A DNA stretch of 64,000 nucleotides, taken from Priapulus caudatus (taxonomy: Eukaryota). A program made the position numbers and the translations under genes. The stretch covers positions 150,932 to 214,931 of the forward strand of contig NW_014577083.1 of assembly GCF_000485595.1 (NCBI RefSeq), in the 5' to 3' direction. Under the pieces are notes generated by a model that had not been told where the DNA came from, did not search any database, and saw nothing but the letters and a program-made list of their open reading frames with translations. Positions 25,781 to 39,302 of the stretch are shown here, piece by piece (positions within the stretch are counted from its first letter, which is position 1; each line of letters opens with the position of its first letter).

Positions 25781-26810
25781 ATATCTGACCTAGCTGTATA
25801 TCAGATATAGCAGTATATCTGACCTAGCTGTATATCAGATATAGCAGTATATCTGACCTAGCTGTATATCGATATGCAGTATATTTGACCTGGATAGCTC
25901 ACCAAGATGTCACGCATGTTTCGCATCATTTCATAGACTATTATAGATCGTGCGCTATACTATCGCGCCATTAAATCTACACCTTGCGTCAGTAAGCAAT
26001 TTGTAATAATCCAAATAACCGTTGGATCGATTAGCTCCTGATATGTATCCAAATTTATCAGGGTATCTACGTGTGATGTACTGCCAGCAAAAGTGGCATT
26101 GAAATTCTCTTGATGTAGTTAGCTACCTTTAAAAAAATCACAAATACTTATAATTACGTACGTTAATTCAAAATGCTAATGTTACCGGTGATTCCTTTAT
26201 AGGATAAATTCTAGTGCGAAACCAAGTTTTGTGAATTTGCGTACGATCGCTAGTATTTCATATCCTATCACAATTCCTCATATTTGCAGTGTATATCGGT
26301 GTTTTGTAAGAATCTTCAAAATTACCAACTTTTGGCTATCAGTATCATCTCTTTGTTACCTAAAATTGCATTTCGGCTACAATTAAATAAGTGACTTTCA
26401 TAAAGATCGCACAATTAGCATTCAGATGGACGCTAATATAATAATAGATGCGCTAATACTAAACAATCATCTAGATATCACGCGATAGCTTCGTCGTGTT
26501 CCGATTCGAATCGCTGCCATTCCTGTCCTACCGTACACCATGCTTCCTGCCACAGACATTCTGCTCTAGCGTAAAGGCGATGACAATTGTTTCGTTTTCA
26601 TGTCAAACTAATGTTCGCTTTAACAGTACACACACACTATTTGAATTATTTCAACGTAGAATGTCGCTTATCGCTATACAGTCTTGAATATCGATGTATA
26701 GTGCATGGCAACATATCTTACTCTTTTTCTCTCTCTCTGTTTATCTATATCTATCTACTATCACTCTATCTATATATATAATATATTATATATATTATAT
26801 ATATTGTGTT
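25781..26810. repeat. ~1 kb segment, copy 1 (starts with three 34-bp tandem units)
   Basis: Near-identical to 29251-30289; begins (atatctgacctagctgtatatcagatatagcagt)x3. Confidence 0.9.
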
Positions 26811-26910
26811 TGTGTGGTCGTGCGTTATTTGCGCGCTCGTGTCCGTCAGTGTGCGTGTGCGTCGTGCGTGCGCGTCCGCATGTGTGTGCGTATATATGTA
26901 TAAATTATAT

Positions 26911-26950
26911 CAGAAGTAGATAATAGGGAATTACCTATTATCTACTTCTG
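26911..26950. mobile_element. 40-bp P-like hairpin with 7-bp TSD ATTATAT
   Basis: attatat|CAGAAGTAGATAATAGG gaatta CCTATTATCTACTTCTG|attatat. Confidence 0.8.
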
Positions 26951-26985
26951 ATTATATATATACATGTATATACGCGTGTGTGTGT

Positions 26986-27019
<34 letters not shown>

Positions 27020-27296
27020 GCGTGCGTGTTTGTGTGTTAACTCAGTATTAATTTGTAATCGAAATGTTTATACTACTATTGTATATGATGATAAATCGGG
27101 CTGTCGCGAGCATGGTTAATATCCTCTCAGGTGTCTCCCGACGTCGCATTTCTGTAAGCGTCATGTAGCAAGCACCATGCAAGCTACTCTTTTTTGCGGT
27201 GGCGCAACACGTTATTTCTATTGACCCTCATCGCGTGAAAGATTACTATGTGTATTATATTTTTAACAGTGTATTATTATAGTCGCTCATATATAT

Positions 27297-27341
<45 letters not shown>

Positions 27342-27698
27342 CGGCTAAAATTACACAGTACTATAGATACGGTGATTCTGAACCTGCAATCCACAAAGTT
27401 CTTAGATTGCAGATTGTAGTGTTTTTGCAACAATTTATAATATGATTGGCTATGAATCACAAACTGCATCTACCACCTTTTTCTCACTTTCCCAAATACA
27501 GGTGCGTTATTTGAACACATCGAAAGGTCTCAATCACGCATTCCAGCATTAGGGAATGCGGTTTCTTGACTGACAAAACGTTTGTAAAGCTTATATACAT
27601 GTTAGCATTTTCGAATGGGAATTTTCCGTTGATCTAAATACTACATTACGCTGATACCGGCAACACACACGCACGCGCGCACGCACGCACGCACGCAC

Positions 27699-27756
<58 letters not shown>

Positions 27757-27794
27757 GCAAGCACACACCCCCCCCCCACACACACACGCACGCA

Positions 27795-27826
<32 letters not shown>

Positions 27827-29250
27827 TCAATACATACACACACACACATATATATATATATATAGATATATATAGTATATATTATATTTTATACTATTAT
27901 ATATATATATATATATGTACATATGAATAGGACAGTACATATAATGGACTCTGTGCAGTACTGCGGATTACTTATCGTTGGCATTCTGTCCCATGGTTAC
28001 AGTTCATAAACTTTATAAGAAAAAAAACGCGCAACCTTATGTAATATTATGCCTGCGCACAGACTCGATATACTTTCATCGAGTTTTTTCATATATAGTT
28101 GCTGTTTGAACGTCATTGACGTACTTTATAACATAAGCACGATTGTGATAACCTATTTAATAAACTTATTTCGTAACAAACGTCACTGTTCCATGTAATA
28201 TCTTGTTAGCATATACGTGCAAAACTCTTTACTCTTTCGTAAAGCTATCATGTTTTGTCGTAAAATTATTTATTTAAAAACTCACAATAACGGGTCATTC
28301 ATTTTTTTTAGATATTATATTTCTCTTAGATATAACTCTAGATATATAGCTAAAACATTTGAAATCGGTACGTAAAATATTAAATTTGACATGTAAATAC
28401 ATGTATCTGTTGTGTCTGCTCGTAATCTGACAGCAATTAGTCTAACATCCGTCTCTAAATAGAAACGATCATCACACTAGCATATTAAAAAGCGAGATAT
28501 TTTATAAATAAACAATCTATCAAATAAGCGAACTAACAGTGTCTTTGCGTGATTTCATAATAGTTATCGCACAAGCTCGTGTTATATCACAATACTGTAT
28601 TGTTGCGCATCCCCGACAGGAACACGCATACAACACGTAGAGACAGTCATAAATTGTTACTCATCACAAACGAATTGATTGCTAAATTTGGCAGTTTTGG
28701 CAGTGGTGATTGAGTGTAATCAACGGGCATGCAAATTAACGTTCGTATCACGTATTTAATTATAAATTAAACAACGCCCAACTTCGTTCAATACAACGTT
28801 AATCGTTCACTCGGGTATTTCTCGCATCAAACATTAACATCGCAAAATAGTTACGCTCTACAAACAGGCAGCCATCGTGTCGTTAAATGGTCATTAAAAT
28901 TTGCCTGTTTCCTTACCAATCATTTACGCGTGCCCTCGCAACCACACGCGGATATCACTACGGCAACCTGGAGAATCGAAACCAGCGGGTTAACGGAAAT
29001 TTAGTGTTTTGACGTGGCGACCAAATTAGAACGGCTAACGATAAGAATGTCAGCAGCGTGATTTCAAGCGTCCGTATCGAAAGCACGTCAACAATACAAG
29101 CGATCGCGCTTGCTTTTTGGGGGCTGCGAGGTAATGTACGCGTTCTTTTGTCTGCAATTTAAATGAAACGCCCTCATCATGATTACGTTCCTCCTTCGTT
29201 CTCCTGCGCAAACAATAAAGCTTTCTATTGCCCCCTGCTCAATATTAATA

Positions 29251-30289
29251 ATATCTGACCTAGCTGTATATCAGATATAGCAGTATATCTGACCTAGCTG
29301 TATATCAGATATAGCAGTATATCTGACCTAGCTGTATATCAGATATGGCAGTATATTTGACCTGGATAGCTCACCCAAGATGTCACGCATGTTTCGCATC
29401 ATTTCATAGACTATTATTGATCGTGCGCTATACTATCGCCCCATTAAATCTACACCTTGCGTCAGTAAGCAATTTGTAATAATCCAAATAACCGTTGGTC
29501 GATTAGCTCCTGATATGTATCCAAATTTATCAGCGTATCTACGTGTGATGTACTGCCAGCAAAAGTGGCATTGAAATTCTCTTGATGTAGTTAGCTACCT
29601 TTAAAAAAAATCAAAAATACTTATAATTACGTACGTTATTTCAAAATGCTAATGTTACCGGTGATTCCTTTATAGGATAAAATTCTAGGTGCGAAACCAA
29701 GTTTGTGGAATTTGCGTACGATCGCTAGTATTTCATATCCTATCACATTTCCTCAATATTTGCAGTGTATATCGGTGTTTTGTAGAATCTTCAAAATTAC
29801 CAACTTTTGGCCTATAACAGTATCATCTCTTTGGATTACCTAAAATTGCATTTCGGCTACAATTAAATAAGTGACTTTCATAAAGATCGCACAATTAGCA
29901 CTTCAGATGGACCGCTAATATAATAATAGATGCGCTAATACTAAACAATCATCTAGATATCACGCGATAGCTTCGTCGTGTTCCGATTCGAATCGCTGCC
30001 ATTCCTGTCCTACCGTACCACCATGCTTCCTGCCACAGACATTCTGCTCTAGCGTAAAGCGAATGACAATTGTTTCGTTTTCATGTCAAACTAATGTTCG
30101 CTTTAACAGTACACACACACTATTTTGAATTATTTCAACGTAGAATGTCGCTTATCGCTATACAGTCTTGAATATCGATGTAATAGTGCATGGCAAACAT
30201 ATCTTACTCTTTTTCTCTCTCTCTGTTTATCTATATCTATCTATCTATCTATATATATAATATATTATATATATTATATATATTGTGTT
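29251..30289. repeat. ~1 kb segment, copy 2
   Basis: Colinear with 25781-26810, differing mainly by single-base indels. Confidence 0.9.
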
Positions 30290-30385
30290 GTTTTCTCTCT
30301 CCATCGATTAACCCTACTACTAACCCTTTTGCTTTCAATATATTCCTGTGTCCGACACGAATAATGGGGTCTGTTTGTGAAATCT

Positions 30386-30897
30386 GAGCTCCTCCCAGGG
30401 GTTGTACATTTTCTCTTGATCCCTTAATTTTTATGCATTTTCTCCGTTGTTCCCCATTAATAAAATAACCTGTTACCTAAAATGTTTTCACCTTGTGTTA
30501 CCACGATCCCGAAATTTATTTTCCAATTTCCTCAATCCCCAAAAATATTTCCCACTGTTCCCCATATTTGTTTGGTACAGTAGAACCTCGCTAATTTGAA
30601 CTCCCGAAAGAAGCAAAAAATGTGACGCTGGAGTGAAAAAAGACCTATAATTGTGGACTCTAATGGTGCCTACAGCACACGATGTTGAAATGCCCCTAAA
30701 CTACATCAACGTTTAATGTAAACAGTCTTAGAAAACTGTGAACAAATCACAAAAATGGAAAATCAGAGTCTCCCTTGTTCCCAAAAATCTAATCAGCAGT
30801 TTCCTTGTTCCCTGAAAATAATTCGACAATGTCCCCCCTGTTCCCTGAAAGTTAATGCTCCTGTTCCCTTGTTCCCTAAAACCCCTGGGAGGGGCTT
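30386..30897. mobile_element. MITE, 512 bp, with tgttccc subrepeats
   Basis: aatct|GAGCTCCTCCCAGGGGTT...AACCCCTGGGAGGGGCTT|aatct; superfamily not assigned. Confidence 0.75.
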
Positions 30898-31187
30898 AAT
30901 CTGTCAGAATTCGTTATGCAAGTGGTTTTGAAAGACATGACCTCTGTTTATGCTTCACTTCAAACGCATCCGTCCGCGGCCTATACCCTAACCCGGTGCC
31001 GCAGAGTTAGTGTGCAGACCTTACCGTTAGATTAAACGGTGTTCGTGCGACAAACCCCGCGACACGGCGACAGTCTTGCTTGCGCTAATGCACACGTTCC
31101 TTACATTATATATGACGTCGCGTTAAGGCATATTATTGGCCGTGTCCGTCGATAATGGTACGGGTATGAATATATAAATAAATAAAT

Positions 31188-31212
31188 NNNNNNNNNNNNN
31201 NNNNNNNNNNNN
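31188..31212. other. Assembly gap (25 N)
   Basis: Direct reading. Confidence 1.
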
Positions 31213-32149
31213 GTAGAATTCTTTAGAATTGCGACGATGTTTGAATGACAATGTATATATATATATATATATATAAATACATCAGGAGGAGTGAATAATC
31301 TCAAAGAAGTTTGATACGTACTTTCCGGCATTTTACCGGTTTTCTACTTCGAATTAAAAACAAAAAGGTATCTGTTATTGAGCTTAATTCTAGTTATTCG
31401 CTACCTTTTACTGAAATCGGTTTATAGCTATTTACTGTCGTACTGCTGTAAATTGTATTCAAGCACGGTGTTGATTCAGAGGCCACATACACACGCACGC
31501 ACGCTCGCACGCACGCACGCACGCACGCGCACACACACACGCGCGCACACACGCGCGCGCGTACGGGAGTGAGTGAGTGAGTGAGTGAGTGAGTGAGTGT
31601 AATCAATCAGTACATAGTACCACTAATAGTACCACTATGTACCAATGTATCAATAATGTGCCTATGTATCAATAACCTATGTACCAATACACCTATGTAT
31701 CGATAATAGTACCACTATGTAAATGGTTTAGATTGTGTGATATAATGTGATGTTCAGGAACGAACAGTAAAACCAGTACATGTAGTTAATACGCGCGTAG
31801 CAGGCATATGAATATTCGACACGTGTGACCCGATCTGGCAAAATGAGTTGCAGTGACCCAAAATTGAAAATTTAGCTATTCATACCACTAGAAAGAGAGG
31901 ACTGTATGCTTTAAAATAATGCCAAACATGTTGCATTATCTTGAACGGACGATTTATGCTCATTTGAAGTTTGTATTATGCCATTAATTATTCTCGACAC
32001 AAAAATGTAGAAAAAGATATCTAAAGTTTGGGGAGTGAAGTGGAAGAAACCTCTTCTATAAGTCCTTAGCAACGATATCGTTACACTTGTTTGATTGAAA
32101 CCAAACTTGGCAGAACACTCAAGTACTGATCTTGAGAAACAGTTGGAGC

Positions 32150-32560
32150 GCATATCTCAGGCGCCGACTAACTTCTTCTCAGGCACTGACAGGTTGCCGA
32201 ATGACAGATTGTATCTTTGCCATTGTATGACTGATACCTGTGCACCTGTGTCAATGCACCATATCAATTCTTCTGTGCCAGCAGTAAGTTTTATATGTCA
32301 TTCTGGGTCGGTAGTAATTTCTTCACTGACACCTCCCACGAATGTATGTATTGGCTGCTTATCATACTGGCTTTCACCTTCGATCTGCCCAACTCGTGCC
32401 CTGCCTACTGCTTCTGCAGATCACCTCAAACTGCCCTGTCTTTGCGCAGTTCTTGAACTTGTGGTTGGCTGCTGGACAGTTACGCGTTCCGAAGGAATGA
32501 CTTCTGAAGTTCTGTCACAATGTCCACACCTCACAACCTCGCTGTGCAGTAGGTTTGCGC
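32150..32560 (-). pseudogene. Gypsy-type LTR retrotransposon gag zinc-knuckle + aspartic protease relic
   Basis: Manual translation: VRCGHCDR...SHSFGTRNCPAANHKFKNCAKTGQFEVICRSS (decayed double CCHC), then ELIWCIDTGAQVSVI (DTG protease motif); contains stops and frameshifts. Confidence 0.75.
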
Positions 32561-32612
32561 ATATGCTCAATGGCGTTCCCTTTCTTCCACGGCTGCTTAT
32601 TAGGCCATATCC

Positions 32613-32906
32613 CAACATGTTCTGCTAGCATCTATGACAAATACGACATACGCATATACGCTCTCCTATGACACTATTTATCATAGAAAGATTCTTCCTA
32701 TGACAAATAGTGGCGAGTCAACTTCGTTCCGCTTTACAGCTGAAATTCACTGCTTGCGTTCATAATAGCGCTCCTAAACTCCTATGATGCGCACAACACA
32801 TACGACAATATTTGTCATAAAAAGAATCTTCCTATGATAAATAGTGTCATTAAGAGAGCGTATATGAGTATGTCGTATTTGTCATAGATGCTAGCAGAAC
32901 AAGCTG
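32613..32906. mobile_element. MITE with ~95-bp inverted arms
   Basis: TGTTCTGCTAGCATCTATGACAAATACGACATAC... mirrored by ...GTATGTCGTATTTGTCATAGATGCTAGCAGAACA; TSD uncertain. Confidence 0.8.
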
Positions 32907-35297
32907 TATGTCCGTGACTGATGTCTCACAGCTTCAATCGTGGCTGTGATCTTGCACTGTAACAGTAACTAAAACAGTAGGGCCTACTTGCACTGCTTTC
33001 TCCACTGACAGGCTAGCACATTGGTCATCGAATTTCAGTATTGCACCGTCATCAGTGCATGTAAATGTCATTTTGTCACGTACAGCCTACTCGCAAATAA
33101 GGTGCTTTTCGGGAGAGAATTTGCATTCGTGAGCTCTCTCTCTCTCTCTCGCAGTGCTTATCCACGCACCTGGCTCTCTTTCGAGTTGCAGCCAGCATAT
33201 CTCCCTTAGCGTTAACTGTGGATCTCGTTTAGTAAAATACTCAATCGTTATATTTGACAAACACATCGTTATAGCTATGCCGAGATTCGCCTGGCAAAAA
33301 CATGAAGTTTGTGTTTAGTATATGTCAATGCCTTGACCTCACAAGCTTTGATTTTGACCCGGTGGCCTGTAGGTATATATTAAACTACCTCTTCCACTTG
33401 TCCCAGGAATGAGCTGGATTTCCGTCGTAAATTGCAAGTTGCTCGGGTGGTTTTACAAAAACTTTTGCCATTATTAATTTCTGTCTCACACTGCTGGCTG
33501 CCATGCAAACTGCTTTGCAACTATCTTTTTTGCTTCGTGATTGGCTTGAAAATTTGTTAATTTATGCTTTTTCTCTCATAGTTTTAGAAAATTCTACGGA
33601 GGTTTGTGAAGAATAATGTCTACAAAATGTTAAATTTGAATACTATATCGTTCACTGTAGAGTTTTTGAAACTTCGACAAGTGCAAATTGAGAGAAATAC
33701 GTGATACTACGGTCCGGGTATAAAAAAATAACACCTCGTGAATACATTAGTAACATTAAGTCAAACAGCAGTCAGTTTCACAATGCTGATATCGTTACCT
33801 ACATTTCGTACACTAAACAGCTCAATAATGCAGAAATAACCTTACTAACGAACCATGCACGGACACCACTAGGCGTAATTAGCTGTAATTGCGTGGTATA
33901 CCAAACTAGCCCTGATAGCATCACACGTACGTCGCATTTCATGCAACTAACCAACTAACCGTTACAGCAGACTGAACAACGCAGTTTCCCCGCCTCTCCC
34001 GATAGCAAGTAGAATTCGAGAATTTAGTATAGTATTCGCGAAGCAGCCTGACAAACACATCGCTTATCCAGGGTTCGGCCAATTATGTCAGCTGTCTTTA
34101 ATTACCATTTAGATCTTGTTAGGTGCGCTTGCCTACTTACGGATACCGCGAGTTTTCGGTCAAGATTTAGCGTAAAAATCCAAAATAAAATGAATATCAC
34201 CGAAGACAAGAGTATGACATGAACATAACTGTTCACTTACGCGCACCTTACTCATTCTACAGAACGAACCCGAAGGCACTCTGAGCCTTAATTAATGCAT
34301 ACTCGATATTTCCCAGCCTACCTAGCACTTCCCTATATCTTCCCTATATCCTCACTTCCCTATACCTTCCCTATATCCCAGCCTACCTAGCACTGATCGT
34401 TAGCTCGCCGTAAAAGATACTGAGTACGTGGCTAGGAGTGGTGGATTCCCAGATCATGTCATAGTAAGAGCATTAAACTCGTTTCAGTAATCATGCGTAA
34501 CGTTTAAAAACACGCATGCAATTTTCATGTGCATTATATTCTCGCCTGGCTAAATGGTTCTCCGTGGCGACTAAGTGGCGTAAAGTGCGCTACAGCCTAA
34601 TATTATCATCTCCCAGGTGAGTTAAACAGCGAGGAACAGAAAATATATCTTCAGATGCCGTAAAAACGAAGCGACAAACACCGCTCGAGTACGCATACAC
34701 ACGAACGAAAACCGCTTTCTACAAACAAGTTCACACGAGCACGTATTCGGCTGCATCCACGTTTACTGACTATAGATAGTTCGCACATACGTCATCAGCT
34801 GTTTCATCTATGCTTCTATGTTTCCATGCTCACGGCTGCAACTATTCCATGAACTTATAACGTAGCTACTCCAGCTCACTTGCAATTGTAACCATGACAG
34901 CAAGCTGTAACGATAACTACTTCAACTAGTCGTATCTTACATACTACAGCGATTGCCTGTTACTGCAACACCAGCAAGCTATAACTGCTAACTGTAACGG
35001 TTAGCTAACTGCTACCTGCAACAGTTAGCTAACTGCTAACTGTAACGGTTAGCTGAGTCCATAACTAAACCAGCTAGCTAAATCTGTAATCGTGCCAGCG
35101 TGCTGTAACTGTACCAACGCCAGATAGCAGTGTCTGTAACCCGCAAGCTAGTTGCAACTGCAACTATGCCACCCGACTGTAACCATGCCAAGTGTTTTAT
35201 CTCGGCTCTTCTAAGTCAGCTGTAAACATACCAAACAATGTGTGAGAATTACATTGACAGATCAACAACAAACAGGATCCTAGTAAAAGTTTGAAAT

Positions 35298-35303
35298 TTT
35301 ATT
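35298..35303 (-). terminator. Candidate polyadenylation signal for HHAT
   Basis: AATAAA on the - strand followed by a GT-rich tract (complement of caacaacaaaca at ~35263); other hexamers exist, so tentative. Confidence 0.3.
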
Positions 35304-35926
35304 TTTATGAAATATGCATACGAGCTCATTACAAAATATGATAACAACGCAATATGCTTACTACTACCATTACCGAACTTTCTTCTTATTTATTGTGAAA
35401 GAAATTAGAAACACCTTTATAAGATAATATAATATTAGTTACCGTTGTGAGTTTAGCAGACTCTTCTGCTATGTACATGAACTACGTTGGTAATAAAAGC
35501 AGGGCTCCTTTACATAACCACAAATTTATCATAATCGACAACTTTTTAACGCCTATAAAATTAATTAGATTGAGTTTCCAACAACTCAACGATTACTCTA
35601 AATATTTCATTTGAATATATGTTGTACAAAAATAATCGTCACACCTCTTTATATCACAATAGCATGACGATATTTGGCTTCATATATATAATATATGTAT
35701 GCTTATTCTCTTGAATAATTGAAGATAAGTACCAGGTACTTGTCAACAACCACAAACACTCTCACTAAAAACCATAACAAAGCCTTCAACTGAACACACG
35801 CTAAATATATACGCTAATATTACGTGCTGATAATTCAACCATTCCTTCAAATAATGCTAACCCTAGAACATAACAGCTTTGCCCCGGATAGCACAACCTG
35901 GCACTCCGCACCAGCTACGCTTTTAT

Positions 35927-36859
35927 CAGGCATGAGAACAGGTTAAGATGTTTTTGGAGGAAATATTTCAATTCGTGCCCTAGGAACGATAAAAGTGTGC
36001 GTAGCAGCGAAATTTTTGAAATTTGGAAGGGCAGATAGGCCATTTCCATGCATTCTGGGGAAAATTGTAAGTCCATTCCGTTCTTAGTAAAAACCAATTT
36101 CGTGACTAACAATTGAAACTCTTCTCCTTTTCTATGAACATTTCAATGTTTTATGTGGCGGTTAACTTAAAGCATGCCTTAAAGTGATTACGTCACCGTA
36201 CATAGTGAAAAAAAAAAAAAACTTTTCCACAAAATATAAGTAATTCTGTTCACTTTTTATGGTTAAATTGCTGCATTATACTTCTTATTTTACTATATTG
36301 TTCGATGTGAACATACACTCGTGACTCATACATAGCCCATAGCAAGCAATTAATGTTAGGAACACTAATATCAAATCGTCCAGGTTTTTTGGATTTTTAA
36401 CTAGTTGAGAAACAATCTTATCAGGTAAGAATTTGACGATACGTTTAATTAGTTTAAAGTAACATTTAAAAGTAATTAAAAAAAGTATTAAAGTAAATTT
36501 AAAAAAAGCATTAAAGTAAATTAACATTTAAAAGTAAGTTAGTTCTTTTTTTTAATGTAAAAAAATGGCAACAAAAACTTTACAAATTTTACCATAGAAA
36601 ATTCGTGACGTAGTCAATTTAATTTACATTACATAGATACACCGCGATATTTATCTGGAGTTCTGTTACTTCTGTGTGAAATTTGACATACTTTTCCTGA
36701 CTTTTTATGAAGTTTAAATTAAAAATGGCATCCATTTTGACAAAAAAGTATGCATTACCCCCTAAGCTTTTTATTCGTGTTTTGCATCAATCTCAAGAAT
36801 GACTAAAATGAAAACCAAAACCCTGAAATCCGCGAATCTGCGGAAAATTCTCATGCCTA
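35927..36859. mobile_element. hAT-like non-autonomous element with 6-bp TSD TTTTAT
   Basis: ttttat|CAGGCATGAGAA...TTCTCATGCCTA|ttttat. Confidence 0.75.
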
Positions 36860-37251
36860 TTTTATACGGGATCTTAGACCGTTATTAGGCAGGTATAAGT
36901 TTAATAGCCCAACCTGCTGTCACATAGCATCCTTTGATTAGCGGAAATTTGATCGAATCGGGTCAAAGATAAATGCTCCCAGCAGATTCAGTGGCGCACC
37001 TAAGGCCACGTCACATTTAAATAAACATAGAACCCAACATGGGATTCTTGCATGCGAGTAGTAACCATCGCTGCAGGAGATATAACAGTTATTGACTTAT
37101 CGATGCAACACATAGCGAAAGACACATTAATGTCATTGACCAACGTCACATTGATCACAACAATACACCACACCAGGACATTATACCTGTCTTACATAAA
37201 CGAACTTTCATAAAAGAGGCATCGATTGAATAAGAAAGCATAACTGCCTCG

Positions 37252-37854
37252 CAAGGGCGGCAGAACCGAGAGGGGGGGCAGGGGGCCACCGGATTCCCCA
37301 TCGAATACTACCTGTGGAACACTGTCGTCGCACCGATTAGTTCGCATACTACCGGTCGGTCCCCATCTCCGAGGCCACGCCCCATCCATGGCGGGGTGCC
37401 GGGACAGTTGCCCGACAGCCAACGGAAAACCCATTTCACGATGAAGCTGCTCCGCCTTTCCGGCGCGATTACCCGGGATTTCACAAATGTGTGCGTGCCT
37501 CTCGTGAAGCACAGTCCTCACCCTCCAAAACTACCAATAGCTCGGGTTGCCCGAGGCGTGAGTGGAGCACGCGCCCCAGGGCGATGCACGACGTGAGGCA
37601 CGCGCGAGGAAGAAGAGGAGACTCTTCTACACCGGCCACCTCCAGGCGCAGGGGCAGGGGCCCCCCAAAATTAATTATTATCTTATTATTAGAATTATTA
37701 ATTTAATTTCTTTTTAATGAATTTTATAGTTACTCTTATGTTAATCATGTTAATTATGTTCATTATGTTATTTTCAATAAATACATAATGCGTATACGTG
37801 CCCTTTTTTGGCTTTGCCCCCCCCCCCCAAATTAAATACGTTCCGCCGCCCTTG
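37252..37854. mobile_element. hAT-like MITE with 8-bp TSD
   Basis: ctgcctcg|CAAGGGCGGCAGAAC...GTTCCGCCGCCCTTG|ctgccttg (one mismatch at a CpG). Confidence 0.85.
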
Positions 37855-37897
37855 CTGCCTTGCGCGGATAGGTAAAATAAATCTAGTGATGCCTTAA

Positions 37898-38085
37898 CTA
37901 TTGCCGTTTCGATTCACTTTTGGACGGACAATGCTTTCCATCCATATCTGCACTCGTTGAGCTGAGAAGATGTCGCTTGTCACTGTCCCACCAGCACACA
38001 GCGTCCTCCCACCGCTCCGATTCCATCGAGCTCTGACCGAGGCAGTACATAGAATAGAGAACGACGGCGTACGACGGCAGTGTTC
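37898..38085 (-). CDS. HHAT: Hedgehog acyltransferase terminal exon
   Basis: tttttcag|GA ACA CTG...CAA TAG; (G)TLPSYAVVLYSMYCLGQSSMESERWE aligns with the last HHAT helix (human GWPWVTLSVLGFLYCYSH); phase 1 matches the donor at 55107. Confidence 0.75.
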
Positions 38086-39302
38086 CTGAAAAATAATTGT
38101 ATACGTTATAGGAATGTTGCGACCGCACATGAACAACAGTGTTACTGCATTCAGTGATGACGTCAAGAGCGTATTAAGAACAACAGCATTCTTAATACTA
38201 TATTCTATATACTACTATATACTACTCTACTATATGCTATATTCTTATACGCTCTTGATCACATCTATCTATTTAAATGGGGTCACAGAGGTCACCGTAA
38301 GGCGTGTTATTCTGCTACTTTACCAATGCTTTATAACACGGAAGGCTAATGCCACGGTTTGATCGGCACTAACATCCTTGAGTAAGTCGACAAGGGACAC
38401 AGCGAGCCGACGTTAGCGGATCCTAGGGTCGATATGCGTATAAGACCATACTGCAGATGATGAGAGATAATAGGGTGGATTGAGTACATAAGACGGAGAA
38501 AGCCGCGATGTCAGGAGATCTTAGGTTGAATAACAAGTGGGACGACGATCTTAGGAGATATCAGAGTGGAGATAAGACCAACGTGAGATGAGACAGAGTC
38601 TCATGGAGCAACGAGCCTGGTCTGGTTTAGGCTCGTTATGTATATGTCGCTGGAATACGAACGAGCTCTGCCACGTACCCATGTGAGTCCCGGAACCACA
38701 ACGCAATAGTTATACATACGAACAGTGCACATGTATTCAAAAATATTTCATCCTTTTGACCTGTCCCACAGATATGACCAAGTATCTAACTACCGCACAG
38801 GCGATATGCGCCTATCATTGCGGCATCTTCGTGTTACATAACAGCAGATACGCCTATTGGAATGCTAAACCATCATTCCAAACGATGTGAATGTGGTTAC
38901 ACGTTTCCAGTGCTGGCTACACATTCTGAAACGAATGCCTTGTATTCAACAAATGCGTAGACGAATTATATCAACGCCATGTCGGTACAGCGTTCTGTCT
39001 GCAATTTTTCTGCGGTTAATTTTTAAATGCTGCCGCAATATATAATAATATATTCTATTGCGCGAAAACGCAAACGCAAAACGCAAACGCAATCCCCGCG
39101 AAAAACCCCATGGCTAGGCATAATTCTATAACTGTCACGCATCTAAAATCTCCTAATCGTCCCAGCGCTGAAAATTATACACGGATTACACATACAATAT
39201 TTAAAATATTACACGGTTAAGATTCCTTGCAAAACATCAGGGTTTCCTTTGCCAGTGCAGCAGAAACTAGGGACAGAATGCTTATATATATAAGGTAAAG
39301 GT

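Larger units (their letters stand above)
31824..33704. mobile_element. Probable non-autonomous DNA transposon starting TGTGACCCG; right terminus not found
   Basis: Same start motif as 63742; transposon-like AT-rich subterminal sequence on both sides of internal cargo; right boundary approximate. Confidence 0.4.

Noticed and set aside
25781..30289. The 1 kb direct repeats as LTRs of a retrotransposon
   Set aside because: No TG...CA ends, PBS, PPT, TSD or internal gag/pol.
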